From assembly GCF_018350175.1 (NCBI RefSeq), contig NC_058368.1, positions 9,982,001 through 10,046,000 on the forward strand: a stretch of DNA of 64,000 nucleotides. Reading direction: 5' to 3'. Of the stretch, positions 1-11,535 are shown piece by piece; within the stretch, counting starts at the first letter, position 1, and each line of letters begins with the position of its first letter. The notes below the pieces were generated by a model that made no database searches, was not told where the DNA came from, and saw only the letters and a list, made by a program, of their open reading frames with translations. This stretch comes from Felis catus. Lineage: Eukaryota. Both the position numbers and the translations under genes were made by a program.

Positions 1-900
1 GCTGGGAGGATTGGAGACCCAAGTACCCAAAGTGCCTGGGGGCAGTGCCTGACATATAAAAAGCACTCTGTCGACACAATTAATTTGGCATTTGAATAAT
101 GCTGGGAGGTCTTCAGGGTGCTTTTATACCCATCACTTATATCACCCTCATAATTATTCCTGAGAGGTAGGAAAGCTGCAATCACCCCTTTGTCCAGAGG
201 TAGAATGAGTTAAGTATTAGCTCTTGATCCGAATGGTTCTTGTGAGGTTGGGTTTTCTAACTCTCAAATCCAAGGTCCAGGACTCCCGATGCTCACGGGT
301 GCTCCTCAGGGGACTAGAAAGCAAAGGGAATCTCCTTCCCTAGAGATGTTTTCTGAATTGGCAGCAATTTTTCAGAAAAGGTTGAGCATTGCACTGCCTG
401 GTGGCCCAGAGGGGAAGGGTATACTTTTAAGAGAGCCAGCCTAGAGCTGGGTTTGGGGTTCCGGGTCTGGTTCCCCATCCCCTGCCCCGGACCACATCAC
501 ACACACACGCGCGCACACATACACACCAACACACACACCACCCATCCCACCTGGCAGTCTTACACAAGCCCTTTGACCCCTGAAGCCCAAGTTTTCACAT
601 CTCGAATAAGCAAAGATGATACTGGTCATGTGCGAAGGATTCAGATTACATGATGGGCAGGAAAACACTTTGTAAACTGTACCACGACGCCCATAGAAAG
701 TAACATTACTATCATCGAGGTTCTAGGTTTCTACCAGCCCTGGGCATTTGCTGAAGTTCAGCCCCAGCTGCCAGCACTTGAGGCTTCTGCTAGATTTTTC
801 GACCAACATTCGTTGTATAATGACTGGATTAATACCATGCTAACTTAGCATGTTCCGGCATCTGTGAAACTCACACGGGTGTTTCCCTTTCTCCACTTAG

Positions 901-982
901 TTCCCGCCGCCTTTGCTGGCCTGATGTACCTGTTCGTGAGGCAAAAATACTTCGTCGGCTACCTGGGGGAGAGAACTCAGAG
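901..982 (+). CDS. ALOX5AP: ALOX5AP (FLAP) penultimate coding exon (exon 4 of the 5-exon human model)
   Basis: Pyrimidine tract and AG end at 900, GT donor at 983. The 82-bp exon reads (V)PAAFAGLMYLFVRQKYFVGYLGERTQ(S), matching FLAP as recalled, and its phase joins the 8662 exon (AG|C = Ser). Confidence 0.97.
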
Positions 983-1672
983 GTAGGCCACTGGGACTGT
1001 TTAAGAACCAGGGTGTGAGCCACGCTTTTTGAGCAAGAAGAGGGATCGTTCACCACCATATTCTGCCCAAGATTTAAGGCTCTGGGCGGCGGGGGGGGGG
1101 TGTCACTCGGGGCTGGAGGGTGAGGGCTATAGTATCCCTCCCCCTTTTCCCCCTGAACTTTGCGGGCTCGGCGAATACCGCCGGGGGACTTGATTCCTAC
1201 GCCCAGTAACAAATTCCTCCACATGGCGTCGGGCCCACGAAGGATGCTTTCACACCGCACGCTGCCCATTCTGCACCCCCTCTGCCCCCTGCTCTACTCC
1301 CACCCTTCAGAGTCTGACTTTCTGGGTCTGGCTTCCCAAGGCCTCCGGTGAGTGAAGCATTTCATTGTTTGCCTAAAGAAATGAGAACTAAAACGTGCCC
1401 CTTGTGATCAGTTCTCTCGAGTAACAGATTTTCCAGGGACCAGCAGGAAGAATGTTGCGAAAATAGGACGCACGAACACTCAGAGGACGGAGCCTGTGAA
1501 TAGAGTCCCCGTTGCACTGCTGATGGAGGCTGCCAGACAGAAAGCCCCAGAGCAGCAGCTATAACTTTGGCTACACCCGGTTTGGGAAATCCGGATTTCC
1601 ATAAAATAAATGAGGATACTTACAGGAGACATGTTATAGTCTGCCACCAGTTCCTCAGGATTCTTGTTAGAA

Positions 1673-1888
1673 TTTTATTTATTTATTTATTTTTTGAGAG
1701 AAAGAGAGAGTGAGTGAGCAGCAGAGGGGCAGAGAGAGGCGGAGAGGGCGAGAGAGAATCCCAAGCAGGCTCCGCGTGGCCAGCGCAGAGCCCGATGTGG
1801 GGCTTGAACTCGTGAACCGTGAGATCGTGACCTGAGCTGAAATCAAGAGTCGGACGCTTAACTGACTGAGCCACCCCCAGGCGCTCCC
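1673..1888 (-). mobile_element. CanSINE (SINEC, tRNA-derived)
   Basis: Reverse-complement SINE head (gagccacccccaggcgc), (GA)n linker and T-rich tail. Confidence 0.9.
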
Positions 1889-2014
1889 GCTTCTTTCGAA
1901 TTCTTAATGTACCAGCAGGGCTCCAGGAGCCAGGCGTGTGTTCTGGGAGGCTGCCGCCTGCCCGAGTGGTGACTCCAGCCCTCCCCTCCATTTTTCTCCC
2001 TTGTCTAGTTTCAC

Positions 2015-2016
<2 letters not shown>

Positions 2017-2047
<31 letters not shown>
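2017..2047. repeat. Poly-C homopolymer (C31)
   Basis: Directly visible. Confidence 0.95.
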
Positions 2048-2048
<1 letters not shown>

Positions 2049-3563
2049 TCTCTTACGATTGCACCCTCCTCTCGCGGTTAATGGGCTCTCCGTTTAGATA
2101 ACATCTGCAGCGGTGACAAAGGCATTGACATCCCGGGAGGTCGGCAGGTGAAAGCATTCTGTCTGGGGACCTTGGGAGCCTGTGAAACTAAATGGCCGGG
2201 GGCCGGGGGGTGATGGCGAGCTGCGGCCAAGAGAAGAAATGACTCGTCTCTCAGAGATTCTTTCCTGGGCTCGTCTGCTATTCATTCCTCTCTAGTGGGG
2301 TTCTTATTTACCCTTGAAAACCACAGTTCCATTGCCTCGCTTACCCTTATCAACACTCTCATAAGTGATATTGCTCATTCTCTTCCACTCTGGAAAGCCT
2401 CTATTCCGCCTTTTCCCGGGAGAGCACCTGTGGTCAAGAAGCGAGGGGTGGTGGGGTGTCTCTCAGTAAAATAAGGGGGCGCTGCTCTCTTGGGCTGCCT
2501 CCCCGTGCATCCCTGTCTTCCTCCGCAGAGTCTCCGGGGTCTGGCCCAGTCACTGTTCTCCTCGCCTGTCACCTCTCGCCTGAGATCTCAGAGTTGCTTT
2601 AATTCTAAGACAATCTGTGGAGCACGACAACATTTGTTGATTTGCCCGTAGGCTCTCTGCATTTTAAAGGTAATCGCTGCTAGGGAAGGAACCGAGGTGG
2701 CAAAAAATAATAAGATCTAGACTTAAAATCTTAAAAATACTAGACTTCCCTGGACCTCATTAAAATGTAATTGGCCTAATCTCTTAAATCCTGTCCTGGT
2801 CTCCCCCGTGAGATCCCACCGGCCCCTTTACCACTGTCTGTGGTGCCTTCGGAGCCTTCTCACCTGTCCCGCACCCACAGCCTTCATTACTCATCCATCA
2901 CGGGGCTCCTTCCTGCTGAGACCGGACACGGCCTCACAATACTTCTGAACACAGAGTTCGGAGCTATTGGCATCAGGAGAAATGACATCTATGGGATGAA
3001 ATGTCTAATCCTAATCTAGACCGACATATAGTTTGAGGTAGATGCAGCCCCGAGAGCCTCCATGGCTAGGTCCAAGAGGATTTTCAATTCTGCCTTCTGG
3101 AAACTATGTGCTAATACCCTCTTCCGCCGTGGCCCCCCTCCTTCGGATCCCCACTTCCGTCCCTGGGCCGTGTCGCACTTGTTCTCTGCAGATGCTCTAA
3201 TGGCCAAATGTCTTCGGGATCTGCTTTATTTCTTGGGCTCACCATAGAGGAAGAGACTGCTCAGGGAGACCCTTCCAGGAATTTCTCCTGGGGGCTGTCA
3301 ATCATCTTTGCTCCTCCCCAGAAGTTGCTTTGGCCCTATCCACATCAGAAGTTCTAGTGTCATTTTGGGTGCAGTGGGTGGGCATGACATTCCTTGATGT
3401 GTCTCCCCCACCAAAGCTTCTTCCTTCTGGAATTTTGGAGCCCCCACCTTTGTCCCTCCTAGAAGCTTATGGCTCTGATTCTCAGTCCCACATCCTACTC
3501 CCTGACACTTTTCTCCCTGTTTTGATTAGGTAGTTTGTAGCATCTCAAACCACATGAATTTCA

Positions 3564-3757
3564 GGGGTGCCTGGGTAGCTCAGTAGGTTAAGCGTCCGAC
3601 TCTTGATTTCAGCTCAGGTCTCAGATCTCAGATCTCAGGGCCGTGAGATCGAGCCCTGTGTTGGGTTCTGTCCTGACAGCATGCAGCCTGCCAGAGATTC
3701 TCTTTCCCTCTGTCTCTCTGCCCCTCCCCCGCTCACTGTCTGACTCTCAAAAAAAAA
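3564..3757 (+). mobile_element. CanSINE
   Basis: Head ggggtgcctgggtagctcagt, CT-rich linker, short A tail, short TSD atgaattt. Confidence 0.88.
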
Positions 3758-3874
3758 TGAATTTTAGTTTCTTCCCCTTTCATTCTAAGCTACTATCGGG
3801 ACCCAAACTCAGTGGCAGTTGGCATTATATTACAAGACTATTTGCCTTTTATCATCTACCTTTACTTGACTTTT

Positions 3875-4085
3875 TTAAAAAAAATGTTTATTTATTTTTG
3901 AAAGAGAGAGAGAAAGAGAGAAAGAGAGAACATGAACAGGGGAAGGGCAGAGAGAGAAAGAGACATAGACTCCAGGCTCTGAACTGTCAGCGCAGAGCCC
4001 GACGCGGGGCTCGAGCCCACAAACCGCAAGATCATGACTGGAGCCCAAATCGGATGCTTGACCGACTGAGCCCCCCAGGCACCCG
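3875..4085 (-). mobile_element. CanSINE with 18-bp TSD
   Basis: TSD tacctttacttgactttt at 3857-3874 and 4086-4103. Confidence 0.92.
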
Positions 4086-4634
4086 TACCTTTACTTGACT
4101 TTTATCATGTACCTTCCCTAGCTGGTACCAAGCTGCTCTCTCTTCCCGTCCCTCAGGGCCCTGTTCCCTGTTGGAGCTCCCACTAAAGTCCCTCTGTGCA
4201 TTTTGAAGTTCTTAACCTAGCGGTGGACGAACAAGGATTGGCAACTCAGGTTAACCAGCCCCACCTTCACTCCCCATGCACTCAGCACCCGTGTAGCCAA
4301 TATTTACTGACCACCCCTCCCCCGGGGTGGTAAGAGTCCGTTGCTGAGATGATAATAAACATGACAAAACCCTTGCCCTCAAAGAGGCCCGGGGTCTGCT
4401 AGAGTCAGGAGCAGTACCAAAATTACTCACCTTATAGAAACAATAACGGGCACAGTTTTCAAAAGTCCCGATCCCTCATAGCCATTTTCCCCTTTCGTGT
4501 CAATATTTTAGAATCTCTTCCTCCCCTCCCCCACCTGAAGTGTGGACTCTGGGTTACTTCACCAGAGTTAGAGAATGAACTTGCTTTCTTGGAACCCCCG
4601 GGGTGAGTGTATGGGTACCAAGGCTGGTGTTTCT

Positions 4635-4865
4635 TTTTTTTTTTTTTTTAATTTTTTTTTTTAACGTTTATTTATTTTTGAGACAGAGAGAGACAGAGCA
4701 TGAACGGGGGAGGGGCAGAGAGAGAGGGAGACACAGAACCGGAAGCAGGCTCCAGGCTCTGAGCGGTCAGCACAGAGCCCAACGAGGGGCTCAAACTCAC
4801 GGACCGTGAGATCATGACCTGAGCCGAAGTCGGCCGCTTAACCGACTGAGCCACCCAGGCGCCCC
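4635..4865 (-). mobile_element. CanSINE (SINEC_Fc) with 16-bp TSD
   Basis: TSD caaggctggtgtttct at 4619-4634 and 4867-4882. Confidence 0.93.
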
Positions 4866-4874
4866 TCAAGGCTG

Positions 4875-5050
4875 GTGTTTCTAAAGTGCAACCCACCAAC
4901 CAACAACCAAGTGCACCAAGAATTGCCTGGGGGTGCTTGTTAAAAATAGACATTCCTGGGCCTCACCCTGAATGTACCGAATCAGAATCTCTAGGGAGGG
5001 AGCCTGGGAGTATGCATTTTAACAACTTCTGCACACAGTGTGGGAATCAC
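4875..5050. mobile_element. MER5-like hAT-Charlie MITE
   Basis: cttgttaaaaatagacattcctgggcctcaccc...gaatcagaatctct...tgcattttaacaa resembles the MER5A consensus. Confidence 0.7.
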
Positions 5051-5469
5051 TGAAGGCTGTTCATGCCTCTTTTCTAAGAATGATTCATTTGACAAAAATC
5101 TCTGGAGGGCCTGATTTATTGGAGATATGTGGGTGAGCAGAGGAACAATATCTTGTTCTCGTGGGCCTTACAATTTTTATTCCCTTTAGAAGTTACCGGG
5201 TTTAAAGTGGTATTTCCTTTCTGAAAAGAACAGAATTTTAAGGCCAGATGGGACCATGCAGTTTTCTTTTTTCCACCCACATTTTGTATATATTTTTATG
5301 TGAGGCGGGGGAGGGTCAGCGACTTGCCCAAGGCCACACAGCAGGGAGGGGGGGCTGGAGCTCAGGGGTCCTGGTGCCTGGCCCCAGCTACACCTCACAC
5401 CACACCTCCTCCTCCTCGAAGTTTTAGGCACATTCGAGATGGGAATTGTCTGTCATAATGCCTTTTTGA

Positions 5470-5687
5470 ATTTTTTATTTTATTTTATTTATTTTTGATA
5501 GGGAGAGACAGAGCACAAGTTGGGGGGCGGGGGCGCAGAGAGAGAAGGAGACACAGAATCCGAAACAGGTTCCAGGCTCCGAGCTGTCCGCACAGAGCCC
5601 GACGCGGGGCTCGAACTCACAAATGGTGAGAGATCGTGACCTGGGCAGAAGTTGGATGCTCAACCGACTGAGCCACCCGGGTGCCCC
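5470..5687 (-). mobile_element. CanSINE with 19-bp TSD
   Basis: TSD tgtcataatgcctttttga at 5451-5469 and 5688-5706. Confidence 0.93.
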
Positions 5688-5819
5688 TGTCATAATGCCT
5701 TTTTGATGTTTTCACGTAGGTTTGATGCTGTGTGTGTGTGTGTGTAAGAGAGGGGGAATACATTTATTTCGAAACGTAACAACAAAATCCTAGTCTCCAA
5801 AGGAGCCCTCGGGAAGGTA

Positions 5820-5965
5820 GACAGAGCAGGACTCTGGCCTCACCCAGACAGGTTTGAATTCCCACTTTGCCTCTTCCTGGCTGTGTGCCCTTAGGCACAT
5901 CATTCAACCTGTCTCTTCTCAGTTTCCCCACCTGGATAATGGGTTACCAATACTTCACAAAGTCA
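5820..5965 (+). mobile_element. MIR fragment
   Basis: MIR core-like ggctgtgtgcccttaggcac...tcaacctgtctcttctcagtttcccca. Confidence 0.65.
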
Positions 5966-6339
5966 CAGATATAAAATGCTTGTCCCTCAGATGCTTCGTT
6001 TATTTCTGACCTTCCCTGCCCCATTTAGAGAGAACTGTGCATCAGCTTCCAGAGACAATCATAGAGATGCCTTGGGTTTCAGTCTAATTATGCAGGACGT
6101 GTCCCGCGGGCCCCCCCCCACCCCGGCCCTTCCTTCTGCCCCCACCGCGCCCACCGCCAGGCTGGACAGATTTCAAACTGAGGCTCCCGAAGTGCCCGAG
6201 GTGGGGACCCCCATTCACACTCAGCCCTCCGGGTGGTGGGCACGTGCTGAACCCTTGCCTTCCATGCCCTTCGCACGGTCCGGGAAGAGTTAAGGCACCA
6301 CACAGCCGTCTCCTCGGGGGCGGGATGCCTTGAGACCTT

Positions 6340-6622
6340 TGAAAAATGCTGCCCCGAAGTCGAGAACACCACTATTTCAGCAGCAGGCGCTGCCATTTCA
6401 TCCTTCACCGCAGATTTATCTCGAGCACATTCTGAAACAGCTTTGCAGATCGCTTTTTCTTGTTTCTGTAATGAGCATATGGTGGCCTCATTCCTGTGAT
6501 AAATCTGAGCCACCACAATATTTGACTTTTCACAAGTTAATTTCCCTGCGCCCTCTATTCTCTGGCTAAAAGACAGCCCTTCCTTAGACTCTGTTACTTT
6601 CTCATCAGCATTAGCAGGTGAC
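6340..6622 (-). mobile_element. TcMar-Tigger DNA transposon fossil (N-terminal helix-turn-helix region of the transposase)
   Basis: Minus-strand frame SPANADEKVTESKEGLSFSQRIE...VVAQIYHRNEATICSLQKQEKAICKAVSECARDK resembles the Tigger transposase HTH (xAxIYxxNESTIxxIxKxEKxI...RDK). Confidence 0.7.
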
Positions 6623-7231
6623 TGTATTTGTCCGCCAGGGCCACTGTAATCAAGTACCACGGACAGCGTGGCTCAGACAACAGAGATTGATTGTCTCCGG
6701 AGGGTAGAAATCTGAGATCAAGGTGTTGGCTGCCTTGTTTCTTCTGACGCCTCCCTCCTTGGCTCACAGGTGGCCATCTTTCCCCTGTGTCTTCTTCTGT
6801 GTGGGTCTGTGTTCAGATTTTCTCTTCTTTTTTATTTTTATTTTTTTTATTTTTTTTTATTTTTGGGACAGAGAGAGACAGAGCATGAACGGGGGAGGGG
6901 CAGAGAGAGAGGGAGACACAGAATCGGAAACAGGCTCCAGGCTCCGAGCCATCAGCCCAGAGCCCGACGCGGGGCTCGAACTCACGGACCGCGAGATCGT
7001 GACCTGGCTGAAGTCGGACGCTTAACCGACTGCGCCACCCAGGCGCCCCTGGATTTTCTCTTCTTAAAGGACACCAGCCATATTGAGTCAGGGTCCACCC
7101 TGGTGATAACATTTTTACCTTAATTACCTCTTTAAAGATTCTGTCTCTAAACACGGTCATGTCCTGAGGAATTGGGGTTAGGATTTCAACATATGAAAGG
7201 GGGGGGGGGGAGGACACAATTTAGCCCACCA
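6623..7231 (-). mobile_element. MLT1A/B-like ERVL-MaLR solo LTR, interrupted by a SINE
   Basis: Diagnostic MLT1 segments: aaggacaccagccatattg, ttaccttaattacctctttaaaga, gggttaggatttcaacatatgaa, ggacacaatttagccca. Confidence 0.82.
6830..7049 (-). mobile_element. Young SINEC_Fc inside the MLT1 LTR, 14-bp TSD
   Basis: TSD gattttctcttctt at 6816-6829 and 7052-7065; CpGs intact. Confidence 0.94.
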
Positions 7232-7389
7232 TGCTCTCTTTAGAGAGCATATTATTTTTCTCCCCAATAAAGAAACAGGAGGTCTCACTTCGTGAGCATG
7301 ACTGTAAACAGGGAACCGAGGACAGAAGAACAGGTCAGAACGGGGCAGAAGAACACAGCGGGCCAAGGAGCAGGGACAATGTCGGCCAG

Positions 7390-7554
7390 CCATGTTTCTC
7401 AAGCTTTAATGGCCTGTGAGTCACGGAGGGACTTGTCAAAACGCAGATTTGGATCCGCTGAATCCAGAGAGGGACCTGCGATTCTGCATTTCTTAACAAG
7501 CCCCCGGTGGATGCCAACGCTGCTGGTCCGCGGCCCACACTTTGAGTAGCAAGG
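7390..7554. mobile_element. MER5-like MITE
   Basis: tttctcaagcttt...tctgcatttcttaacaagc...gctgctggtccgcggcccacactttgagtagcaagg matches the MER5 3' end. Confidence 0.78.
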
Positions 7555-8661
7555 AAACAGTCGCACCGCTGAACGTTTTTCAGACCCTTGACGTAGGGAA
7601 GTTAGGAGTTCCGTGATGAAGCTTTGGGGTCCATTTCAAAAAGATAAAATTTCTAACGTCGAGCCTGGGGATGCCAAATTCTGCTCTCTCTCTTGATTAT
7701 GTCAAAAACCATAATGCTCAGCAGCACTGACGCACCTGTTTAGCTGAGCTGGCTGTTCTCGTTGAACAGCCATGATTGCCAAAGGGTCCCCTCACTGGGT
7801 CGTGACTAACAGCCTTAACGAGCCATTTGGCTGGACTTTCCAAACGCACTAACGCTACCCGGGTTGGATCCGGCCACAGCGGTCACAAAAGGATCGTTCA
7901 GAGGGAAGCCAGGGCAGCCGCTGTGCACAATTAGGTGGTCACCTATCACTGGGGAGCTGCCTCCTGACCCCAGCTGATGACTTGCCTAAGCAGCGTAGGA
8001 TTTAGAGCCTTTGAGAGAAGAATAGGAATGTACTAAAACGTCTCTGCCCCACCTCCATTCGCTTAAAATGTAAGAGCCTGTCTTCCGCTGCTAGGGGTCC
8101 AGCTTTCATTAGTGTGAACATGGCTCATTCCCAAGCAGCCTCAGAAGAATAGATTGAACCCTCGGATCCTGAAGCACCTTTTAGATTCCACCAGCCTCAC
8201 TGGTTCGTGAAACCAGCCCCTGTCTCGGAGAGGCACTTCAGTCCTGGGTGAGACGCAGCGGCCAGCACGGCTTCGCAGGCACTCCTGGAGCAGAGCGGCT
8301 GCAGAAAGGGTCGGAACGAGTCACTGGGGTTCCTAATCCCGGGTCAGAAGGCCTGACGACCGACCGACAGCACCCACTGCCTTCACGCCATCAGGGTTCA
8401 GAAGGACACTGGGGGAACGCAGGGAAGCTGTAGGGCAGAGCCCTAACGATGATGGGGTTTGGGGTCTCGGCTCTCGTAGCTTGGTTCTGAAATACGTTCA
8501 GTGACTAATAGTAGCAGAGACCCTTCCATTCTTCATAGGAAGTCAGTGGAGCATGCCTGAGTAAAAGGAACTATAATCGAAACCCCTTGTGTCTCAAATT
8601 GGTGACGTTCTTTGTTAAGCCCACCTCAGTTGCCGCTTCTACCGTTTTCTCTCTTTTGCAG

Positions 8662-8824
8662 CACACCGGGCTACATATTTGGGAAGCGAATCATACTGTT
8701 CCTGTTCCTCATGTCCCTTGCCGGAATCTTCAACTATTATCTCATCTTCTTTTTCGGAAGTGACTTCGAAAACTACATAAAGACAGTAACCACCACCGTC
8801 TCCCCTCTACTCCTCATCCCCTGA
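8662..8824 (+). CDS. ALOX5AP: ALOX5AP (FLAP) last coding exon, ending in TGA
   Basis: Acceptor ttttctctcttttgcag ends at 8661. Encodes (S)TPGYIFGKRIILFLFLMSLAGIFNYYLIFFFGSDFENYIKTVTTTVSPLLLIP*, the FLAP (MAPEG family) C-terminus. Confidence 0.98.
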
Positions 8825-9145
8825 CTCTCCGCCGAATACAGGGTCGGCACTTCCATCTGATCGATACCTAAAGTCATCATAACTCAGCCCTTGGAAAGAT
8901 AGAGCTCCTCTTTAGACAGCTGTAAATCGAATGACCATCTGGGCTCCGCAGCTTGAGTTAACCTTGCTTTCCCCGGAAGAAAATAACTTAGTGTCCGCTC
9001 CCCCGCCCTTGAGAATGGCAGTGGCCCCGTATCTCTTACTCCGACCCGTTCGGTAGTTCTGTAGGTTTCCTGAGTTACCCCACTTCCCGAAGATGTTTGG
9101 TGACCACATTTATGTTTTCCTCAAATAAAGCGCAGAGACATGTTT
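8825..9145 (+). other. ALOX5AP: ALOX5AP 3' UTR (end approximate)
   Basis: Runs from the stop codon to ~15-20 nt past AATAAA at 9124-9129. Confidence 0.75.
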
Positions 9146-9180
9146 CAGGCTGGGGGTCGAGTTTTTTTGTGGGTTTCTTG
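9124..9180 (+). terminator. Polyadenylation signal AATAAA (9124-9129) with downstream GU/U-rich element (9161-9180)
   Basis: AATAAA 300 nt after the stop, followed ~30 nt later by gtttttttgtgggtttcttg. Confidence 0.8.
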
Positions 9181-9254
9181 CTACATTTGAACACCTAGTC
9201 GGTTTTCGTCAACCTCGACGACGATAATAGAAAATACACTGTCCTTACACGCAG

Positions 9255-9370
9255 GCGTGCCTGGAAGGCATTCACCAAAATGTCAATTAGGATTATCTTG
9301 GGCTGAAGCGATTTGGGGGTGAGTTTTACTCTGTGTTTATGTTTTCCTGTGTTATTTGCAGCAAATAAAT
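9255..9370 (+). mobile_element. Ancient L1ME-like 3' end fragment
   Basis: ggaaggcattcaccaaaatgtcaa...ttatcttgggctg...gggtgagtttt resembles the L1ME 3' UTR. Confidence 0.5.
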
Positions 9371-9953
9371 GGCACTCAGCACAGAACCAGAAGAGACACA
9401 GCCGGAGCGTGGCCTTTCTGGGAAGCCTTTCCCATCTCCCGGTTGGTCTAGTGCTGCCCTCTGACCTCCCACAGCACCCTCTGAACATCTCAACCGCAGC
9501 ACATCCATATTACGATGGAAAGATGTTTATTAGCGCGTGTCGCCCCGTCCCACTAAATCATTAGCTCTTGGATATCCCTGATGTCCCATCTATTTTGCTT
9601 TTCCTGTGCCAAGCTCGGAGACTGTCACATCGCAGGCATCCTGCCTCAAGCTAGTTCGGAACTCAAACAGACGTCCTGCAAAGTGGTGTATGGTAGGGGG
9701 CAGTTGGGGTGTTTTAGGAGATTAAGATGTTTTCTTTCGATGTTTTAATGGGATTAATTGTGGAGAAATGCAAAAGCAAAAACGAAAACAAACCCCCCGC
9801 CCCCCACACTATCCTTCCTTAGACAGACTTCCTGAAGGATCTTTTGTTGACTTCCTTAAGAATCCTTCACACACCCGAGGATTAGGTTGGCATCTTTATG
9901 TGCTAGCATCGTGCCCAGCACCCATCGTATCATCTCAGTTTAAAATGTGCTGT

Positions 9954-10145
9954 GGGGCGCCTGGGTGGCTCAGTAGGTTGAGCGTCGGGTCATGATTTTG
10001 CAGTTCGTAAATTCGAGCCCCGTATCGGGCTCACCGCTGTCAGCGAGGGAGCCCACTTCAGATCCTCTGTCCCCTGTCTCTCTGCCCTCCCTTGCTTGTG
10101 TGCTCTCTTTTGGAAATAAACATCTAAAACAAAACAAAACGAAAC
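9954..10145 (+). mobile_element. CanSINE with internal deletion, next to an L2 3' end (10160-10238)
   Basis: Head ggggcgcctgggtggctcagt and B-box-like ttcgagcccc; L2 tail gttgaacaaatgaataaatgaatgaatga follows. Confidence 0.82.
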
Positions 10146-10331
10146 ATGCCGTAACTCAGTGTCAGAGCCTAGGATAATGCCGGGCCCATTGTGGGGCCCC
10201 CAGGTATTGGTTGAACAAATGAATAAATGAATGAATGAGTTTATAAATCACTGGCTAGCAGTATTTAATAAAATATGTCTGTAGAGCGAGCCATTTCCCA
10301 TATTGAGGATGGATTCACGGTGGTGCAACTG

Positions 10332-10332
<1 letters not shown>

Positions 10333-10363
<31 letters not shown>
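10333..10363. repeat. (CA)n microsatellite
   Basis: Directly visible. Confidence 0.95.
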
Positions 10364-10365
<2 letters not shown>

Positions 10366-10950
10366 GGTGTCCCTTGTCACAATTTAGATAATAGCTGGGT
10401 GTGGTCAAGGGTCCAGGACTCCCGACAGAGAGAAGCCAGCAACTCCTGAGGACTGAGCTCTCGGCTGAGGTGAACAGCGATGGATGAGTCCCTGCCACCC
10501 CCGCTGAGTGTCATGATGGTCACAGTCTTAGGCAGAATGAGACAAATCCAGGGGCCACAGCTCCCCAGTTTTCTCCGAGTTGCCTGCTTGGGGCGTGAAG
10601 GGAATGAAACATGGAATCCGGCCCGTGTGATGTCTGGATCAAGGTGCTTCGCATGCGATGCCCAAGGCAAGCAGATTTCTCAGTTCAGGGGAAAACCCCC
10701 ATGTGGGCATGGTTTCCTAGGCCTATCTGATGGTCCAGACTAAAGCCCCGCTTGGGGTCTTCTGGCCAAACCCCAACCAGCAGAAGCTTCTCCATGCCCA
10801 TGACTCCAGCAGAGTTGCTTCCGCTCTTAGCTCTCTGTAGAGACCAGGACCCAAATGTCCTACTGGGCAGTGGGAAGGAAAGGGCTTCGCAGACTGCAAG
10901 GTGGAGGGGGCTCCAGGGGCCACCTCAGCCTGGCTTGGTGTGGAGGGCAA

Positions 10951-11064
10951 CAAGGTGACCAGGCATCCATGTTTGCCTGGGACTAAGAGATTTCCTGGGA
11001 GGAGACGCTTTCGGTTTTAAAACTGGGACAGTCCTGGGAAAACCAAGATGAGTGGGTTGCTCTA
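10951..11064. mobile_element. MER81/MER94-like hAT-Blackjack MITE
   Basis: ggtgaccaggcatccatgtttgcctgggact...aaaactgggacagtcctgggaaaaccaagatgagt; ~114 bp with internal inverted symmetry. Confidence 0.72.
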
Positions 11065-11329
11065 AAGGCAAGCTGGGCCAGGATATGCTCGGGGGAGCCT
11101 GGGGACCCCTTAGCTCCCAGAGGCCGCACCGTCCGAACTGACCATGGGACCTCCAGAGTGCAAAGACAGGAAATGACGTCATGGCCCCTCAGAGGCTCTG
11201 CGGACTCTGGCTTGGGTGGAGAGTCCACGACTGAGGGCACTCAGGGGTTGAGGTGCAGGTAGAGGAGACTTGACTGTTATGAAGAAGAGGGTCTCGGGCA
11301 GAACTCCTGCTGTCTGGTCGGAGGCGACC

Positions 11330-11535
11330 CTGCCTAGTGGTCAGACTCTGTCTTCAGAGTTCCAGGCCTGGGCTCAACCCTTGCCCTGTCACCCCCTCCA
11401 TTCTGTGACTTCCCCCCAAGCCTCCAGTTTTGCATTTATTAAATTGGGATAATAATAGCGTCAAAATATGGGGTTGCTATAAAGAGAGAAAGCAATTGAA
11501 AAATTTTAGCATATAATACGTGCTGAATATTATCA
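11330..11535 (+). mobile_element. MIR fragment
   Basis: Degenerate MIR core ending aaattgggataataatag. Confidence 0.5.

Larger units (their letters stand above)
983..8661 (+). other. ALOX5AP: ALOX5AP last intron (~7.7 kb, GT-AG)
   Basis: Lies between the two identified exons with canonical splice dinucleotides. Confidence 0.93.

Noticed and set aside
2470..2484. CTCF-like aataagggggcgctg
   Set aside because: Only the 3' half matches; the conserved CC at the 5' end is missing.
3564..3660. tRNA-like A-box/B-box sequences at SINE heads
   Set aside because: CanSINEs are tRNA-derived; these heads continue into SINE linker and tail and are not tRNA genes.
6088..6660. 190-aa ORF as a domesticated TIGD-like gene
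   Set aside because: Its start lies inside an LTR, only the HTH-like part resembles a transposase, and no DDE domain is visible.
8612..8661. N-terminal extension of ORF 8612-8824 from a TTG start
   Set aside because: It is the intronic polypyrimidine tract; the real exon starts after the AG at 8661.
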